A stretch of DNA of 64,000 bases from Candidatus Saccharimonadota bacterium (lineage in GTDB: Bacteria > Patescibacteriota > Saccharimonadia > CAILAD01 > BJGX01). The notes under the pieces were generated by a model that worked only from the letters and a program-made list of their open reading frames with translations, did not search any database and was not told the origin of the DNA. The stretch covers positions 574,297 to 638,296 of the forward strand of contig JAXLZU010000001.1 in NCBI GenBank assembly GCA_046350735.1, written 5' to 3'. Positions 45,453-56,433 of this stretch are shown in pieces. Both the position numbers and the translations under genes were made by a program. The stretch's first letter is position 1; every line of letters starts with the position of its first letter.

Positions 45453-47180
45453 TTATTCTTTTTTATTTGCTGTAGTAATTATTACATCTACCAATTCCAA
45501 TTGGATTTCGCGCACCCCCTGCCACTCATTTTCGTTTATATAATAGGCAAAGTCATACTTCTCGCCAACTTTTAGCTCTTTCCAAGCTATAGCTTTAGAG
45601 AAAGCAATTGCTGAGAATATCTTGTTATCACCACGTAATTGTAACTTGAGATGATTTAGATCTTTACCAATAGGTCGCAGGCTAAAAATCTCTAGAGTAG
45701 AGGCAAAAAGTGGCTGAGGATGAGCATTGCCATATGGAGCCAGCAACCTAATCTCATCGTATGATTCTTTACTAATTGTGTCTGGGCTAAGAACAGCATC
45801 TATGGTATATGTTTTTAAGATATCCTCAACATTAAGGTTTTTCATACCATACTGGTTAATGGCATGGCGGAAGGCTGGAATATTCTCGGTAGGTAACGTA
45901 ACCCCAGCTGCAAAATGATGCCCGCCAAACTTATCCAGATACCCGCTAGCTGATTCTATTGCCTCAATAATCGAAAAGTTACCCAAACTTCTTGCTGAAC
46001 CCTTGGCGCTCTCACCAAGTTCTTGCAAAAGTATAGTGGGTTTGCGTAGCTTCTCGGAGAGATTAGAAGCAACAATGCCAACGGTTCCGTGTGACCAATT
46101 CGGATCAGAAAGCACTAAAATACAGTCTTGTTTGTGGGCTCTAGCTTTTTTGCTCGCAGAAGCAAGTATCTCTGCGGTAGTCGCTTGACGCTCGGTATTA
46201 AGTAATTGTAACTTTTGAGCACAATCGTCAGCCACAGCTTCTGTCTCTGCTAATAATGTTGCTAGACCAACTTTGGCATGGTCTACCCTACCAGCAGCAT
46301 TTAACCTTGGTCCAAAACGAAAGCCAAAATCGGTTTCACTTACCTTGTTTAGATCTGTACCGCTTACCTTGGCTAGAGCTCGAAATCCTGGGCGACGTCC
46401 TTTTTGTGCAACCATTAGCCCATAACGCGCCAAGATTCTGTTTTCGTTAATGAGTGGCACAACATCACAGATAGTACCAAGAGCTACCAAATCGAGAAGC
46501 CATTTTTCTTGGCCTTCTGGTACTATGCCTGGGTGGAGAGCTATAATCGCACGCACCAGCGCAAATGCCACACCCACACCAGCCAGCTCTTTAAACGGAT
46601 ACTCTTGGCCTGAAAGCTTTGGGTTAATAACTGCCAAAGCACTGGGTTTTTTGCCAATTGGCTCGTGATGATCGGTAATAATTAGGTCTAGCTGTATTTT
46701 TTTGGCATAGTCTGCCTCTACTGCCGAATTTACGCCGCAATCTACCGTAATTACCAGATCTGCAGCTTGGTCTTTCAATTTTTTTAGAGCTGATTTGTTA
46801 ATACCGTAGCCTTCACTAAATCTATCTGGAATATATGTTTCTACAGTGATGCCAATTTGTGTAAAAAAATCGTATAACAATGCAGAAGCAGTAATACCGT
46901 CTATATCATAATCGCCATAAATAACCAGTTTTTCTTTACTCACTCGAGCTTGCATAATACGCTTTACGGCTGTCTTCATGCCACTAAGTAGCAATGGGTC
47001 GTTAAGGCCTGTAGTATAATTGGCATTTGTAAAATACTCTGCCTCTTCTTTAGAAAACCCACGGCCAAACAAAATCTGCTCTGCTAACGTTGAGCTGTCT
47101 TTTACCTCGGGCAGGTATTGCCAGTGTGTCTTCATACCATCTATTATAACGGGTTTATACTTCAGGAGTGAGAGTATCAA
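45453..47180 (-). CDS. recJ: Single-stranded-DNA-specific exonuclease RecJ
   Basis: It has the DHH motifs (YGDYDIDGITASA, ITDHH) and a DHHA1 domain. Confidence 0.9.
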   Translation of the reverse strand: MILSLLKYKPVIIDGMKTHWQYLPEVKDSSTLAEQILFGRGFSKEEAEYFTNANYTTGLNDPLLLSGMKTAVKRIMQARVSKEKLVIYGDYDIDGITASALLYDFFTQIGITVETYIPDRFSEGYGINKSALKKLKDQAADLVITVDCGVNSAVEADYAKKIQLDLIITDHHEPIGKKPSALAVINPKLSGQEYPFKELAGVGVAFALVRAIIALHPGIVPEGQEKWLLDLVALGTICDVVPLINENRILARYGLMVAQKGRRPGFRALAKVSGTDLNKVSETDFGFRFGPRLNAAGRVDHAKVGLATLLAETEAVADDCAQKLQLLNTERQATTAEILASASKKARAHKQDCILVLSDPNWSHGTVGIVASNLSEKLRKPTILLQELGESAKGSARSLGNFSIIEAIESASGYLDKFGGHHFAAGVTLPTENIPAFRHAINQYGMKNLNVEDILKTYTIDAVLSPDTISKESYDEIRLLAPYGNAHPQPLFASTLEIFSLRPIGKDLNHLKLQLRGDNKIFSAIAFSKAIAWKELKVGEKYDFAYYINENEWQGVREIQLELVDVIITTANKKE

Positions 47181-47683
47181 TTATTGATTTGCCATGGTCT
47201 TTAGAAATGTTTATTGCCGCATACGTCTCTTTGTCTACAAAATATACTTCAATACCTGCTTCTTTCATAGCAACCAAACCTGAAGAATAATCTTCTTTGC
47301 CAATTGGCTTTACCGTAGTTTTGGATGTCCATTCTAGATTTCCCATATTCTTATGGGGGTCAAAACTAAAATCCTTGGGATCTAACCAGTAAACGGTGCC
47401 GCCAACATCTGCCTCCTCGAATCGATGTCTATCACTTATAATTATGTGCCAAGGCCCAACCCTACCACCATCAGTGTATCTACCAAGTGTCGTCCAGTCA
47501 TCACTGGTTCGCACCAAGAAAAGTTTTGCATACACTTTATCTGGGGTGGCAAATACTACTGGACCTTCATAGAAATCTCTATAATGTTCTTTACTAGGGA
47601 TAAATTCTAAAATATTTTTGTTTTGAGAAGCATGATAAAGAAGTTTGGGAGCTTTAGTCTTGGGGATATAGAATTGTTTGTCC
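47155..47683 (-). CDS. Hypothetical protein overlapping the recJ start
   Basis: It is a 176-182-aa ORF with no recognised motif. It overlaps recJ by 26 nt. Confidence 0.35.
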
Positions 47684-47985
47684 ATGCACGCATTATACGG
47701 CAAGCTTGCACTATTTGTTCGACTTATCGATAGTTACTCAAAAAATACGATGAGCTACTGCGTGTTTTAAACCCCATAGGGGTTGTCGGGACACCAAAGC
47801 TGCGTCGGTTTTGCAAGTATTCTTGTGTCTTTGCAAGCTTATCGCGTCTTTGCTCGGCAAGTTGGTGGCTACTTTTGCGCGAAAACGGACTAAATATTTT
47901 TTTTGCTTTTTGTATCATTGTTGTTACTACCTTTTTTATTGTTTTTTATTATTTTTTTTCGAAACTGACCGGCTAGTTTAGTGCA

Positions 47986-48294
47986 TTACGCCCTCTTGTT
48001 GGATGTCTTTAATACCATGCTCTGTAATTCTTTAAATAAGAGAAATGTCTGATTGGCCCAATAAATCTTGGTATTACCGTCTTTAGACGATCGCACATAG
48101 CCAATCTTCTCAAGCCGTTGCAGCTCGCGCGCTATATTGCCGGGATCTTCCTTAATGATTTTCGCCAATCCACGAATATGTATCTTATAATCGGGATATT
48201 TCGAAAACAACATAATAATTTTTCGACGAGTCTTAGATGTAATAAAATATTGCAGCATTTTTATCTTGGTTTTCCCCTCTTTTTTCTCCCTCAC
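47986..48294 (-). CDS. Small winged-helix (ArsR-like) transcriptional regulator
   Basis: IRGLAKIIKEDPGNIARELQRLEKIGYV is an HTH followed by a wing. Confidence 0.5.
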   Translation of the reverse strand: MREKKEGKTKIKMLQYFITSKTRRKIIMLFSKYPDYKIHIRGLAKIIKEDPGNIARELQRLEKIGYVRSSKDGNTKIYWANQTFLLFKELQSMVLKTSNKRA

Positions 48295-48411
48295 TTGTTG
48301 TCTCTAGTATAACGTAATAAATGTCACAATTACAACACTTTTTTGAAAGTTTTTATGCTATACTATTATTAAATAAGTAAAATAAACAACGAAGATAAAA
48401 AGTAGCTATTT

Positions 48412-49011
48412 ATGAACGTCGAATATTGCCCAGAATGTAATACCGAGCTAACCCGATCGATAGTCGGTTATCTTTGTCATGGTTGTGGATCAGTCTATGG
48501 GTTCGAAAAGGTTGCCAGTATGCCAATTTCGAGCTCTGCGCCCTCCAAGCACAAAAAGAGTGTTCATTCTAGGCATTCTAAGTTTGCTGTCGTACAGCCA
48601 GATATGCACCCCGAGAAGATAGAGGCTACTAAAAAACCTGGCAAGATTCGTCATAAGGTAAAAAAATTTGTGGTTCCACAAATTGCCGAGATAAAATCGC
48701 TAGAGAACACTGCGGAATTACCTGCCCCACCTATAGAAGTAGAAGAGCAGGGCCTGCCAGCAAGGCTAGCCGAAGCTGCCCCACCACCCAAACCTAGCCC
48801 TACTGACATGCCTGTTATGCCTCCAGAAGAAACCTATGCCGATCATCATTCTGAATACAATCCACACCTTACAGAAAAAGCCTTAAGCGAGTTAAACAAA
48901 GACTATTCACCAGTTACCACAGAGAGCAATGCTGGTAGTTACATCTTACCAGCGCTTGCCGCGCTCTTGGTAATAGGCGCATTAATTATTGCCTATATGG
49001 TAATTCGCTAG
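48412..49011 (+). CDS. Zinc-ribbon protein with a C-terminal TM anchor
   Basis: The N-terminus is CPECN...CHGCG. It has a Pro-rich middle and a C-terminal hydrophobic helix. Confidence 0.45.
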   Translation: MNVEYCPECNTELTRSIVGYLCHGCGSVYGFEKVASMPISSSAPSKHKKSVHSRHSKFAVVQPDMHPEKIEATKKPGKIRHKVKKFVVPQIAEIKSLENTAELPAPPIEVEEQGLPARLAEAAPPPKPSPTDMPVMPPEETYADHHSEYNPHLTEKALSELNKDYSPVTTESNAGSYILPALAALLVIGALIIAYMVIR

Positions 49012-49052
49012 CACATTTCTGAATTAAAAAATCCCTCTAGTTTGTAGAGAGA

Positions 49053-49631
49053 TTAGCTGTAATCATTGAGATTAATGGGTCTTTTTGTAGATTGATCTGG
49101 AATATACCACTGAATACCTTCTATGCGCTTTTTTAGGAGCCACAACGTAGCTTCTTCGGCAGGCAATACTACTCCATAGATCCAATACAATTCTAAATTG
49201 GGATGCGGTAGATGCTCGAGAGTATACCCACTATATTGTAAAACAGAGCGCGTGTTAGGGTTATGGCTGCAATTTTGTCGATTATCCCAAAGCACTCTTG
49301 CTCGTCTGCTATTTGGAGTAAACCCCGTCGATACCAACTTACCTACTATAGAATGAGAGCAAACAACTAGCACATCTACCGTAAAGAGCTGTCTATATCT
49401 ACCACCATTATGATAATACCCGCAATGAGGACACATATAAACAGCTGTGAGACTTCGATGTTCTCCTTTTCTTGCAAGATCGGCCCTGAAATTTTTATGA
49501 TCTTTTGCTAAATTTGTCTTAAGAGCATGTGAAATACTACGAAAACGTGTTTTACCCTGACAGCGTGTATTTTTTACCCAAGCAAAATTGTTATATGGTT
49601 GAGCTGTTTGTTGCGACCAACGCGAACTCAA
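49053..49631 (-). CDS. Hypothetical basic Cys/His-containing protein
   Basis: It has CPHCGYYHNGG and further Cys/His residues. It is Arg-rich, has no confident family, and could be a degraded gene. Confidence 0.3.
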   Translation of the reverse strand: MSSRWSQQTAQPYNNFAWVKNTRCQGKTRFRSISHALKTNLAKDHKNFRADLARKGEHRSLTAVYMCPHCGYYHNGGRYRQLFTVDVLVVCSHSIVGKLVSTGFTPNSRRARVLWDNRQNCSHNPNTRSVLQYSGYTLEHLPHPNLELYWIYGVVLPAEEATLWLLKKRIEGIQWYIPDQSTKRPINLNDYS

Positions 49632-49692
49632 AGGATAACCTCCTGATAGCTGCCAAAAGCCTAAAACACTATACCACTTTTTGTATCAACTA

Positions 49693-50625
49693 TCAACTAC
49701 TACTTGTTGTTGTTGTTTTCTTCTTCTTGGGAGCTTTAGCGTTACGTTTTATCTTCCAATTGTTATAGACCACAAGTAATGGCGCAGCGTTAAAGATAGA
49801 TGAATATGTTCCAGAAAGTACACCTATTAAGAGTGCGAGAATAAAGAACTTAATAGAGCCACCACCAAAAAGGAAGAATGCCAGAAGAACAATAAGCACG
49901 GTTAGTGAGGTGTTAATTGATCGCGCAAAAGTCTCAAGAATACTTTCATTTACAACCACCTCAAATGGCTTGTTGTAGCGTCGTAGATTTTCGCGGATTC
50001 TATCATAGACAACAATAGTATCGTGTACCGAGAAGCCAATGACAGTAAGTACGGCTGTAACAAATAATGCATCTATTTGTACGCCCAAGAAGTGGCCAAG
50101 TATGGCAAATACCCCAAGTACCAACAATGCATCATGCAAAAGCGCGATGACTGCCGTTACCCCAAAACTCCACGGGCTAACCGGTGGAGGAGTATTACGA
50201 AACGCAAAAGCTATATAGAGAACAATCGCTAACGCCGCCAAAGCTACACCCAATATTGCATTTCGGGTAATATCTTTACTAACCGCAGGACCAACCGAAT
50301 CAAAAGAAGATTCTATGTAGCCTTTCTGGGCTAATCTTGCCTTTATGTCTTGATGTATCTGTTCTGAATCACCCACTCCCTTATCGCTATAACGAATAAG
50401 CAATTTGTCTGAGCCTGAAGTGGTGACGGTTATATCTTTTACGCCAGTAGGACTAATAATACCAATAACCTCGGTTTGGTTTTGTCCACCACTTACTTCC
50501 ATAACTTGTCCACCAGTAAAATCTATCCCTGGTTTTAGTCCCCAAAAGTACAGTGCCAAAAGCCCAGGAACAAGAATAAGTAGCGATATTGTAAACCAAA
50601 TTTTTCGTTTACCTACAATATTCAT
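49693..50625 (-). CDS. secF: Protein translocase subunit SecF
   Basis: It has the SecD/SecF 6-TM topology and a C-terminal KK-rich tail. It overlaps secD by 4 nt. Confidence 0.9.
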   Translation of the reverse strand: MNIVGKRKIWFTISLLILVPGLLALYFWGLKPGIDFTGGQVMEVSGGQNQTEVIGIISPTGVKDITVTTSGSDKLLIRYSDKGVGDSEQIHQDIKARLAQKGYIESSFDSVGPAVSKDITRNAILGVALAALAIVLYIAFAFRNTPPPVSPWSFGVTAVIALLHDALLVLGVFAILGHFLGVQIDALFVTAVLTVIGFSVHDTIVVYDRIRENLRRYNKPFEVVVNESILETFARSINTSLTVLIVLLAFFLFGGGSIKFFILALLIGVLSGTYSSIFNAAPLLVVYNNWKIKRNAKAPKKKKTTTTSSS

Positions 50626-51941
50626 TTGGCACTCACCTTCTTAGGTTTCTTACTGGTCTTATGTAGATAGCCGTACCAGCGTTCTTGGCTACCCCAATCA
50701 GTACGTATCACCATTTCGAGTAACGTGCGGCTTACAGTAATGGCAGTAAACATACTTACCAATACACCAATTGCTAATGTAACGGCAAAGCCCCTAATAA
50801 CTGTAGAGCCGGTATAGTACAAAATTACACAAGTTATTAGCGTTGAGATATTTGAGTCACGTATACTGCTCCAGGCGCGTTTAAACCCAGATTGCAGGCC
50901 AGCTTGCAGACTAGCGCCGCCACGAACTTCTTCTTTCCATCTCTCAAAAATAAGGATATTAGCATCCACCGCCATCCCGATACTCAAAATAAACCCAGCA
51001 ATACCAGCCAAGGTAAGAACAATGGGCAAGCCAACCATTCCGCTCAGCTTAAAGATATCGATGTTAATTATAGTGTATACACCAAGCGCCACACTGGCTA
51101 TTACACCTGCCAATCGATAATAAGCAATCATAAAGAACACAACCGCCACAAGACCAATTATTCCTGCTATCAGACTTTTACTAACTGATTCACTCCCCAG
51201 GCTCGCTCCAACAGTTCGTTGCTGTACCAAGCTAATTGGTACTGGCAGGGCACCAGCATTAAGAAGTACAGTAGTCTGCTGAGCATCCTTAATGTTTTTA
51301 AATCCTGTCATCTGTCCACGACCGTCGGTAATTGGCTGACTTACTGTACCATTAAAGAGCGGCTGATCATCGAGGACTATAAGTAGTCTGCCACCAGACT
51401 GATTTATTTTAGTTGTAAGATCGGCAAACTTTTGGGTTGCTTCAGATTTCATTGTAAATGTAATAATTGGCTGACCTGTTTGAGTATCTATATCCGCTGT
51501 AGCATTATCAAGATCTTTACCAGTTATATCTGTAGGTGTTAGGGTATTATCGGTAGAGACTGCATAAAAATTCAATTGCGCTGTCTTACCAATTAATGAA
51601 ATTGCTTCTTCAGTATCTTTAATACCAGGTAGTTCTACCAATATTCTATCTCCGCTTGCCTGCTGAATAACTACTTCTGAAGTACCTGTTACATTTACTC
51701 GTTTGTTAATTACATTCACTACGCCATCGAGAGCCTTTTGTCTATCGGCTGCATTGGTCTTAGATAGATCTGCCTGGTATAACAAGCTCGCTCCACCCTG
51801 CAAATCGAGCCCTTCACGTACTTTTGGTGCAGTATCTTTGATACCTAGGGCAGAAAGAATCTTGTCTTCGCGCGGCAAAGCAAATAGTATTGCCACAAAG
51901 ACAAATACGCATAATAAATAAAACTTTGTTTGTACCTTCAC
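50622..51941 (-). CDS. secD: Protein translocase subunit SecD
   Basis: It has a large periplasmic P1 domain plus a C-terminal TM bundle (GLDLQGG..., AGIAGFILSIGMAVDANILIFER). Confidence 0.9.
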   Translation of the reverse strand: MKVQTKFYLLCVFVFVAILFALPREDKILSALGIKDTAPKVREGLDLQGGASLLYQADLSKTNAADRQKALDGVVNVINKRVNVTGTSEVVIQQASGDRILVELPGIKDTEEAISLIGKTAQLNFYAVSTDNTLTPTDITGKDLDNATADIDTQTGQPIITFTMKSEATQKFADLTTKINQSGGRLLIVLDDQPLFNGTVSQPITDGRGQMTGFKNIKDAQQTTVLLNAGALPVPISLVQQRTVGASLGSESVSKSLIAGIIGLVAVVFFMIAYYRLAGVIASVALGVYTIINIDIFKLSGMVGLPIVLTLAGIAGFILSIGMAVDANILIFERWKEEVRGGASLQAGLQSGFKRAWSSIRDSNISTLITCVILYYTGSTVIRGFAVTLAIGVLVSMFTAITVSRTLLEMVIRTDWGSQERWYGYLHKTSKKPKKVSAK

Positions 51942-52050
51942 GCTCGAGCTCGCTTTTTCATATAATCAGTATACTATCAGATTGCACACTTTTTATGCAA
52001 CTAACCACACGAATTGTATTTTAGCGAACAAAAGACGATATAATAGATAT

Positions 52051-53979
52051 ATGAAGCCGACGTATTTTGTGCGAGTGGACACAGCAAATTATACCGGCCA
52101 AGATGGTAAAACGTTTTGGTATAACTCTGATACTTTATTGCACGTGGGTCAGATTTGCGAGGTTCCGTTTGGTAAACGTTCGAGTCTCGGGGTGGTACTA
52201 CAAGTTAAAAAGACTCGGCCAAAAAACATTGTCGGGTTAAAGTCAATTAGTAAAATATATGATCACATACCTGTTCTGCCACACTATCTGCTCGAAACTG
52301 CCCAGTGGCTAAAAGAGTATTATGTGGCCAGCCCATACTCTGTTTGGACAACATTATTACCCTCTGGACTACGCGCCAAACCAAGAAAAGTACCTGCCTC
52401 TGCCCAGAAGAAAAAAACTAAGCCACTTAATATTCTCAACACCGAACAACAGGCAGCTTACCAGCACATTGTGCAGTCTAACAAACCAACTCTACTAGAA
52501 GGCATTACCGGATCGGGCAAGACCGAAGTGTATCTGCATCTTATAGCTAATGCTCTCAATAATAAGCAATCGGCGATATTGTTGGTACCAGAAATTATGC
52601 TTACCACCCAACTCGCCGAGAGACTATCTGAGCATTTTGGTGAGCTCTATATTGTGCATTCTGGCCTGAGTGTTGCCGAGCGCAAACGCATCTGGCTAGA
52701 GTGTAGCAGCACCTCGCAGGATAGCCCTGTAATAGTAGTGGGGCCGCGCAGTGCGCTATGGATGCCACTTTGTAACCTCGGGCTAATAATTATTGATGAG
52801 GAACATGAGCCAAGCTACAAGCAAGAATCATTTTTACGCTACAGCGCCCTACATGTTGCTGGGCATATTGCTACAACCAAACCAGCCCAGCTGGTAATGG
52901 GCAGTGCTACACCACAGGTGACTACCAAGTTTTTGGCCGACAAAAATTTCTTTTCTGTGGCAAAGCTGCATCAACGACACAATAGTAGCTTGCCCCAAAT
53001 AACCATTGTAGATAAGAACACGTTTACTGGATTGCTCTCACCCCAACTTACCGGGGCTATCCAGACAACGTTAGATGATAACAAACAGATACTTTTATTG
53101 CTCAACCGACGTGGTAGTGCAAGTAGTCTTATCTGTGAGCAGTGCGGACAAGCCACGCTCTGTCCTAATTGTGACATTGCACTGAGTTTTCACGGCGACA
53201 TTGCGCGGTTGCTATGTCATTATTGTGATTATAAACACCTGCCACCTACTAGCTGTAGTAACTGTGGTGGTCAAGTAAAATTTGTGGGAAGTGGCACACA
53301 AAAGCTCTTTGACGAAATTTCTCATCTATGGCCGCATGCCCGACTAGCCCGGCTCGATAGAGACAATGCTACCTGGCAAAATATGCAAACTCTGTTTGGC
53401 AATTTGCAGAAAGGCAAAATAGATATTGTGGTTGGTACCCAGATGATTAGCCGTGGTCTTGATATAGCCGGCTTGCGGCTAGTGGGTATCGTTGATGCCG
53501 ATACCAGCCTAGCAATACCAGACTTTGCTAGTAGTGAACGCACTTATCAGCTACTTGCCCAGACAGCTGGCCGAGCAGGCCGTCGCCAAGAATTGGGTAC
53601 GGTAATTATTCAAACACGCAACCCAAAGCAAGTTGCAATTGTCGCCGCTGCCACACACAATTACCCGCTATTTTATCAGCACGAGCTTGCCACTCGCAAA
53701 CACTACGCTTACCCTCCTTACGTTTATCTGCTAAAATTGTGGTATGCACATGCCAACCCCTCACTTGCCGAAAAACACAGTGCAGAATATATAACATCTT
53801 TACAAAAAAACCGCGCTATTCGCGCGCTCGGCCCTACCCCGGCTCTGCAAAAACGTCAAAGCGGAAAGTACATTTGGCAAGCAATTATTAAGGCCAGGTC
53901 TCGCGCCGAGTTAATAACAATTGTTGGCAATTTGCCACGGGGCTGGCAGGCTGAGTTAGACCCCGTTAGTATAATGTAA
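52051..53979 (+). CDS. priA: Primosomal protein N' (PriA helicase)
   Basis: It has Walker A GITGSGKTEVY and the DEEH box, with a Cys4 zinc finger (CEQCG..CPNCD...CHYCD...CSNCG). The start is ATG 52051 (MKPTYFVRVD). Confidence 0.9.
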   Translation: MKPTYFVRVDTANYTGQDGKTFWYNSDTLLHVGQICEVPFGKRSSLGVVLQVKKTRPKNIVGLKSISKIYDHIPVLPHYLLETAQWLKEYYVASPYSVWTTLLPSGLRAKPRKVPASAQKKKTKPLNILNTEQQAAYQHIVQSNKPTLLEGITGSGKTEVYLHLIANALNNKQSAILLVPEIMLTTQLAERLSEHFGELYIVHSGLSVAERKRIWLECSSTSQDSPVIVVGPRSALWMPLCNLGLIIIDEEHEPSYKQESFLRYSALHVAGHIATTKPAQLVMGSATPQVTTKFLADKNFFSVAKLHQRHNSSLPQITIVDKNTFTGLLSPQLTGAIQTTLDDNKQILLLLNRRGSASSLICEQCGQATLCPNCDIALSFHGDIARLLCHYCDYKHLPPTSCSNCGGQVKFVGSGTQKLFDEISHLWPHARLARLDRDNATWQNMQTLFGNLQKGKIDIVVGTQMISRGLDIAGLRLVGIVDADTSLAIPDFASSERTYQLLAQTAGRAGRRQELGTVIIQTRNPKQVAIVAAATHNYPLFYQHELATRKHYAYPPYVYLLKLWYAHANPSLAEKHSAEYITSLQKNRAIRALGPTPALQKRQSGKYIWQAIIKARSRAELITIVGNLPRGWQAELDPVSIM

Positions 53980-53983
53980 TCTT

Positions 53984-54535
53984 ATGATAAAAAAACTTGT
54001 TACCATACCCAATAAAGTCTTACGTATGAAATCGCGGCGGATTGGTTTTGTGGATGACTCAATTAAAAAAATGGCATCTGATATGATAGAGACCACGCTT
54101 AATTGGGATCACGACAGCGAAATTGGCGCGGCACTTGCGGCTATTCAGATTGGTGAGCCAATTAAATTAACCGTGGTACGCAATGATTTTGAAGACCGTA
54201 AGAATCACGACTTTACCACCCTAATTAATCCAGAAATTGTAAAACACAGCAGTGAGAAGGTTGGTGATGTAGAGGGCTGCTTGAGTGTTCCGAGTATTTA
54301 TGGCCGGGTAGATCGCTACCTTAAGGTAAAAGTAAAAGCAGAAGATTTAGAGGGCAATGAAATTCGACTTACGCTAGAAGGATTCCCGGCACGAGTGTTA
54401 CAACACGAAATTGATCATATGAACGGGGTAATTTTTTTAGATCATATTAAGAGCGCCAAAAATCTCTTTGCCATGAACGAAAACGGCAAACTTTCTCCTT
54501 TAAGTGGTGATAAGCCCAAGGTAGATGAAGTCTAA
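53984..54535 (+). CDS. def: Peptide deformylase
   Basis: It has GCLSVP and the QHEIDHMNG motifs. Confidence 0.9.
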   Translation: MIKKLVTIPNKVLRMKSRRIGFVDDSIKKMASDMIETTLNWDHDSEIGAALAAIQIGEPIKLTVVRNDFEDRKNHDFTTLINPEIVKHSSEKVGDVEGCLSVPSIYGRVDRYLKVKVKAEDLEGNEIRLTLEGFPARVLQHEIDHMNGVIFLDHIKSAKNLFAMNENGKLSPLSGDKPKVDEV

Positions 54536-55453
54536 ATGAACAAGGCAAATGCTCAATCTTTGGTTTTTTTTGGCACCGGGCAAACTAGCCTAGATGCCTT
54601 AAGGACACTGTCTGAAGAGTTTGAGATAGAAGCTGTAATTACTAAGCCAGATGATACCAGACATTCGAAGGCTCGGCCAAGCGAGGTGGCGGCATGGGCA
54701 AGACAAAATGCTATTTCGGTCTACAAGCCCACCAACAAACAAGAACTTTCCACCCTCGTGGCCGAAAAAAAGTTTCACTCTCAACTGGGTGTAGTACTCG
54801 ACTACGGAGTTATTATTCCCGAAGATGTTATTGATTCGTTCGAGCATGGAATAGTCAACAGCCATTTTTCGCTCTTACCTGCCTGGCGCGGCGCCGACCC
54901 CATACGTGCAGCTATTTTGCATGGTGATGCAGTTACCGGTGTAACAATTATGCTGATTGTTCCTGAGCTAGATGCTGGGCCAATTTTAAGTTGGGCTGAG
55001 GTTTCTTTGGATGATACCACTAACGCAATCGATCTGCGCAATCAACTCTCAGAACTAAACTGTGCCTTGTTGCCCGAAACTATTCGACTCTACGTAAGTG
55101 GCGATATCGAAGCTGTGCAGCAAGACGAAGTAGCTGCTACATTTACTACAAAAACCCACAAAGAAGATGGGTTGCTCAACCCAAATTTACATGCCAAGCA
55201 GCTGGTTCGACAAATTAATGCCTTCATTGGTTGGCCAAAGAGCTATTTTGACTGGAATGATAATAAAGTAGTTATTACCAAAGCTCTTGCCTCTACGCAC
55301 GCGGCACCCCTTGGCACACTATCGGCAGATACCAACAAACTCTACTTTGGTTGCAAAGATGGCAGTTTAGAAATTGTAGAAATCCAGCCAGCCGGCAAAA
55401 AGCCAATGGATGCCAGAAGTTTTATTAATGGGTATAAAAATTTGTTACATTAA
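54536..55453 (+). CDS. fmt: Methionyl-tRNA formyltransferase
   Basis: It has HFSLLPAWRGADPI (the SLLP motif) and the start is adjacent to the def stop. Confidence 0.9.
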   Translation: MNKANAQSLVFFGTGQTSLDALRTLSEEFEIEAVITKPDDTRHSKARPSEVAAWARQNAISVYKPTNKQELSTLVAEKKFHSQLGVVLDYGVIIPEDVIDSFEHGIVNSHFSLLPAWRGADPIRAAILHGDAVTGVTIMLIVPELDAGPILSWAEVSLDDTTNAIDLRNQLSELNCALLPETIRLYVSGDIEAVQQDEVAATFTTKTHKEDGLLNPNLHAKQLVRQINAFIGWPKSYFDWNDNKVVITKALASTHAAPLGTLSADTNKLYFGCKDGSLEIVEIQPAGKKPMDARSFINGYKNLLH

Positions 55454-55487
55454 AAACCCCAGAAATTTCCTTTCTGGGGATAATCGT

Positions 55488-56294
55488 TTAGTACGATAAA
55501 GTAGGTAGTACACCAACTACATATCCACGATAGTCATTTGCTACAAAATAAGCATTGAATCCCGCCTGCTCGAGAGCTTGCAAATACTCTTCTTTACTGT
55601 GCATCATCAGCAAATGGCGCTCGCGAAAGTGAGTTGGAGCATCATCATTACGTCGCAAAAACAGATAATGCATATCTAGCACCGACATTCGACCCTGGCT
55701 ACTACTACGGTTCATACGCACTAGCTTTAGCTCGGAGGTATCGATAACTTGCATATGCATCTCACCATCTCGCCAATCCTCGGGCAAGATCCATGGTTCG
55801 ATAATGACTACACCACCTGGCACAAGATGTTTAGCTATAGTGTTCGCTACATTACACAAATCTTGGTAAGTACGTGCGTAGCCAATCGCCGAAAACATAC
55901 ATGTAATAACCTCAAACTTGCGACCAAGAGAAAAGTTATGCATGTCGGCCCGGTGTAATGAAACACCAGGCAAACGCATTTTAGCGATAGCTAGCTGATT
56001 CTCACTAAGATCAAGACCCTCAACATGAGAAAACATCATCCTGAAATGCTCTAGATGCAGTCCAGTACCACATGCCACATCGAGCAATCGAGTAGTTTGT
56101 GGCCAAGGCCAAGACCAAGCATCGCTAAATTCTTGGGCAATGGCAAAAGCTCGCTCTGACTCAGCTTTGTAATCTTTCATAGCAGTATAGATAACGTCAT
56201 AAAACTCCGCAGAGCTAATATAGCTATCTGTAGACATACTCTGCCTTTCTGTTGAAGGTACCTCTGAGTGAGGTTCCTGAAGAAAAATTACCAA
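55488..56294 (-). CDS. Class I SAM-dependent methyltransferase (TylM1/DesVI-like)
   Basis: It has the LLDVACGTGLHLEHF SAM-binding motif I and a YDVIY N-terminal motif. Confidence 0.6.
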   Translation of the reverse strand: MVIFLQEPHSEVPSTERQSMSTDSYISSAEFYDVIYTAMKDYKAESERAFAIAQEFSDAWSWPWPQTTRLLDVACGTGLHLEHFRMMFSHVEGLDLSENQLAIAKMRLPGVSLHRADMHNFSLGRKFEVITCMFSAIGYARTYQDLCNVANTIAKHLVPGGVVIIEPWILPEDWRDGEMHMQVIDTSELKLVRMNRSSSQGRMSVLDMHYLFLRRNDDAPTHFRERHLLMMHSKEEYLQALEQAGFNAYFVANDYRGYVVGVLPTLSY

Positions 56295-56433
56295 AATATT
56301 TAGTAACTTATTACCAAGAACCTACACACTTACACTAACGTTAAACATATATTCTCCTTATTGGATTAGTTTGTTGATTAACAAAAGCAATATTACCATA
56401 AGCATTTGCCTAAGTCAATAAATTAGTAGGATT

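Noticed and set aside
47724-47918. A 64-aa basic ORF in the long intergenic region after the recJ-overlapping gene
   Set aside because: There is no RBS or motif. The region reads better as non-coding with hairpins. A small protein or an sRNA cannot be excluded.
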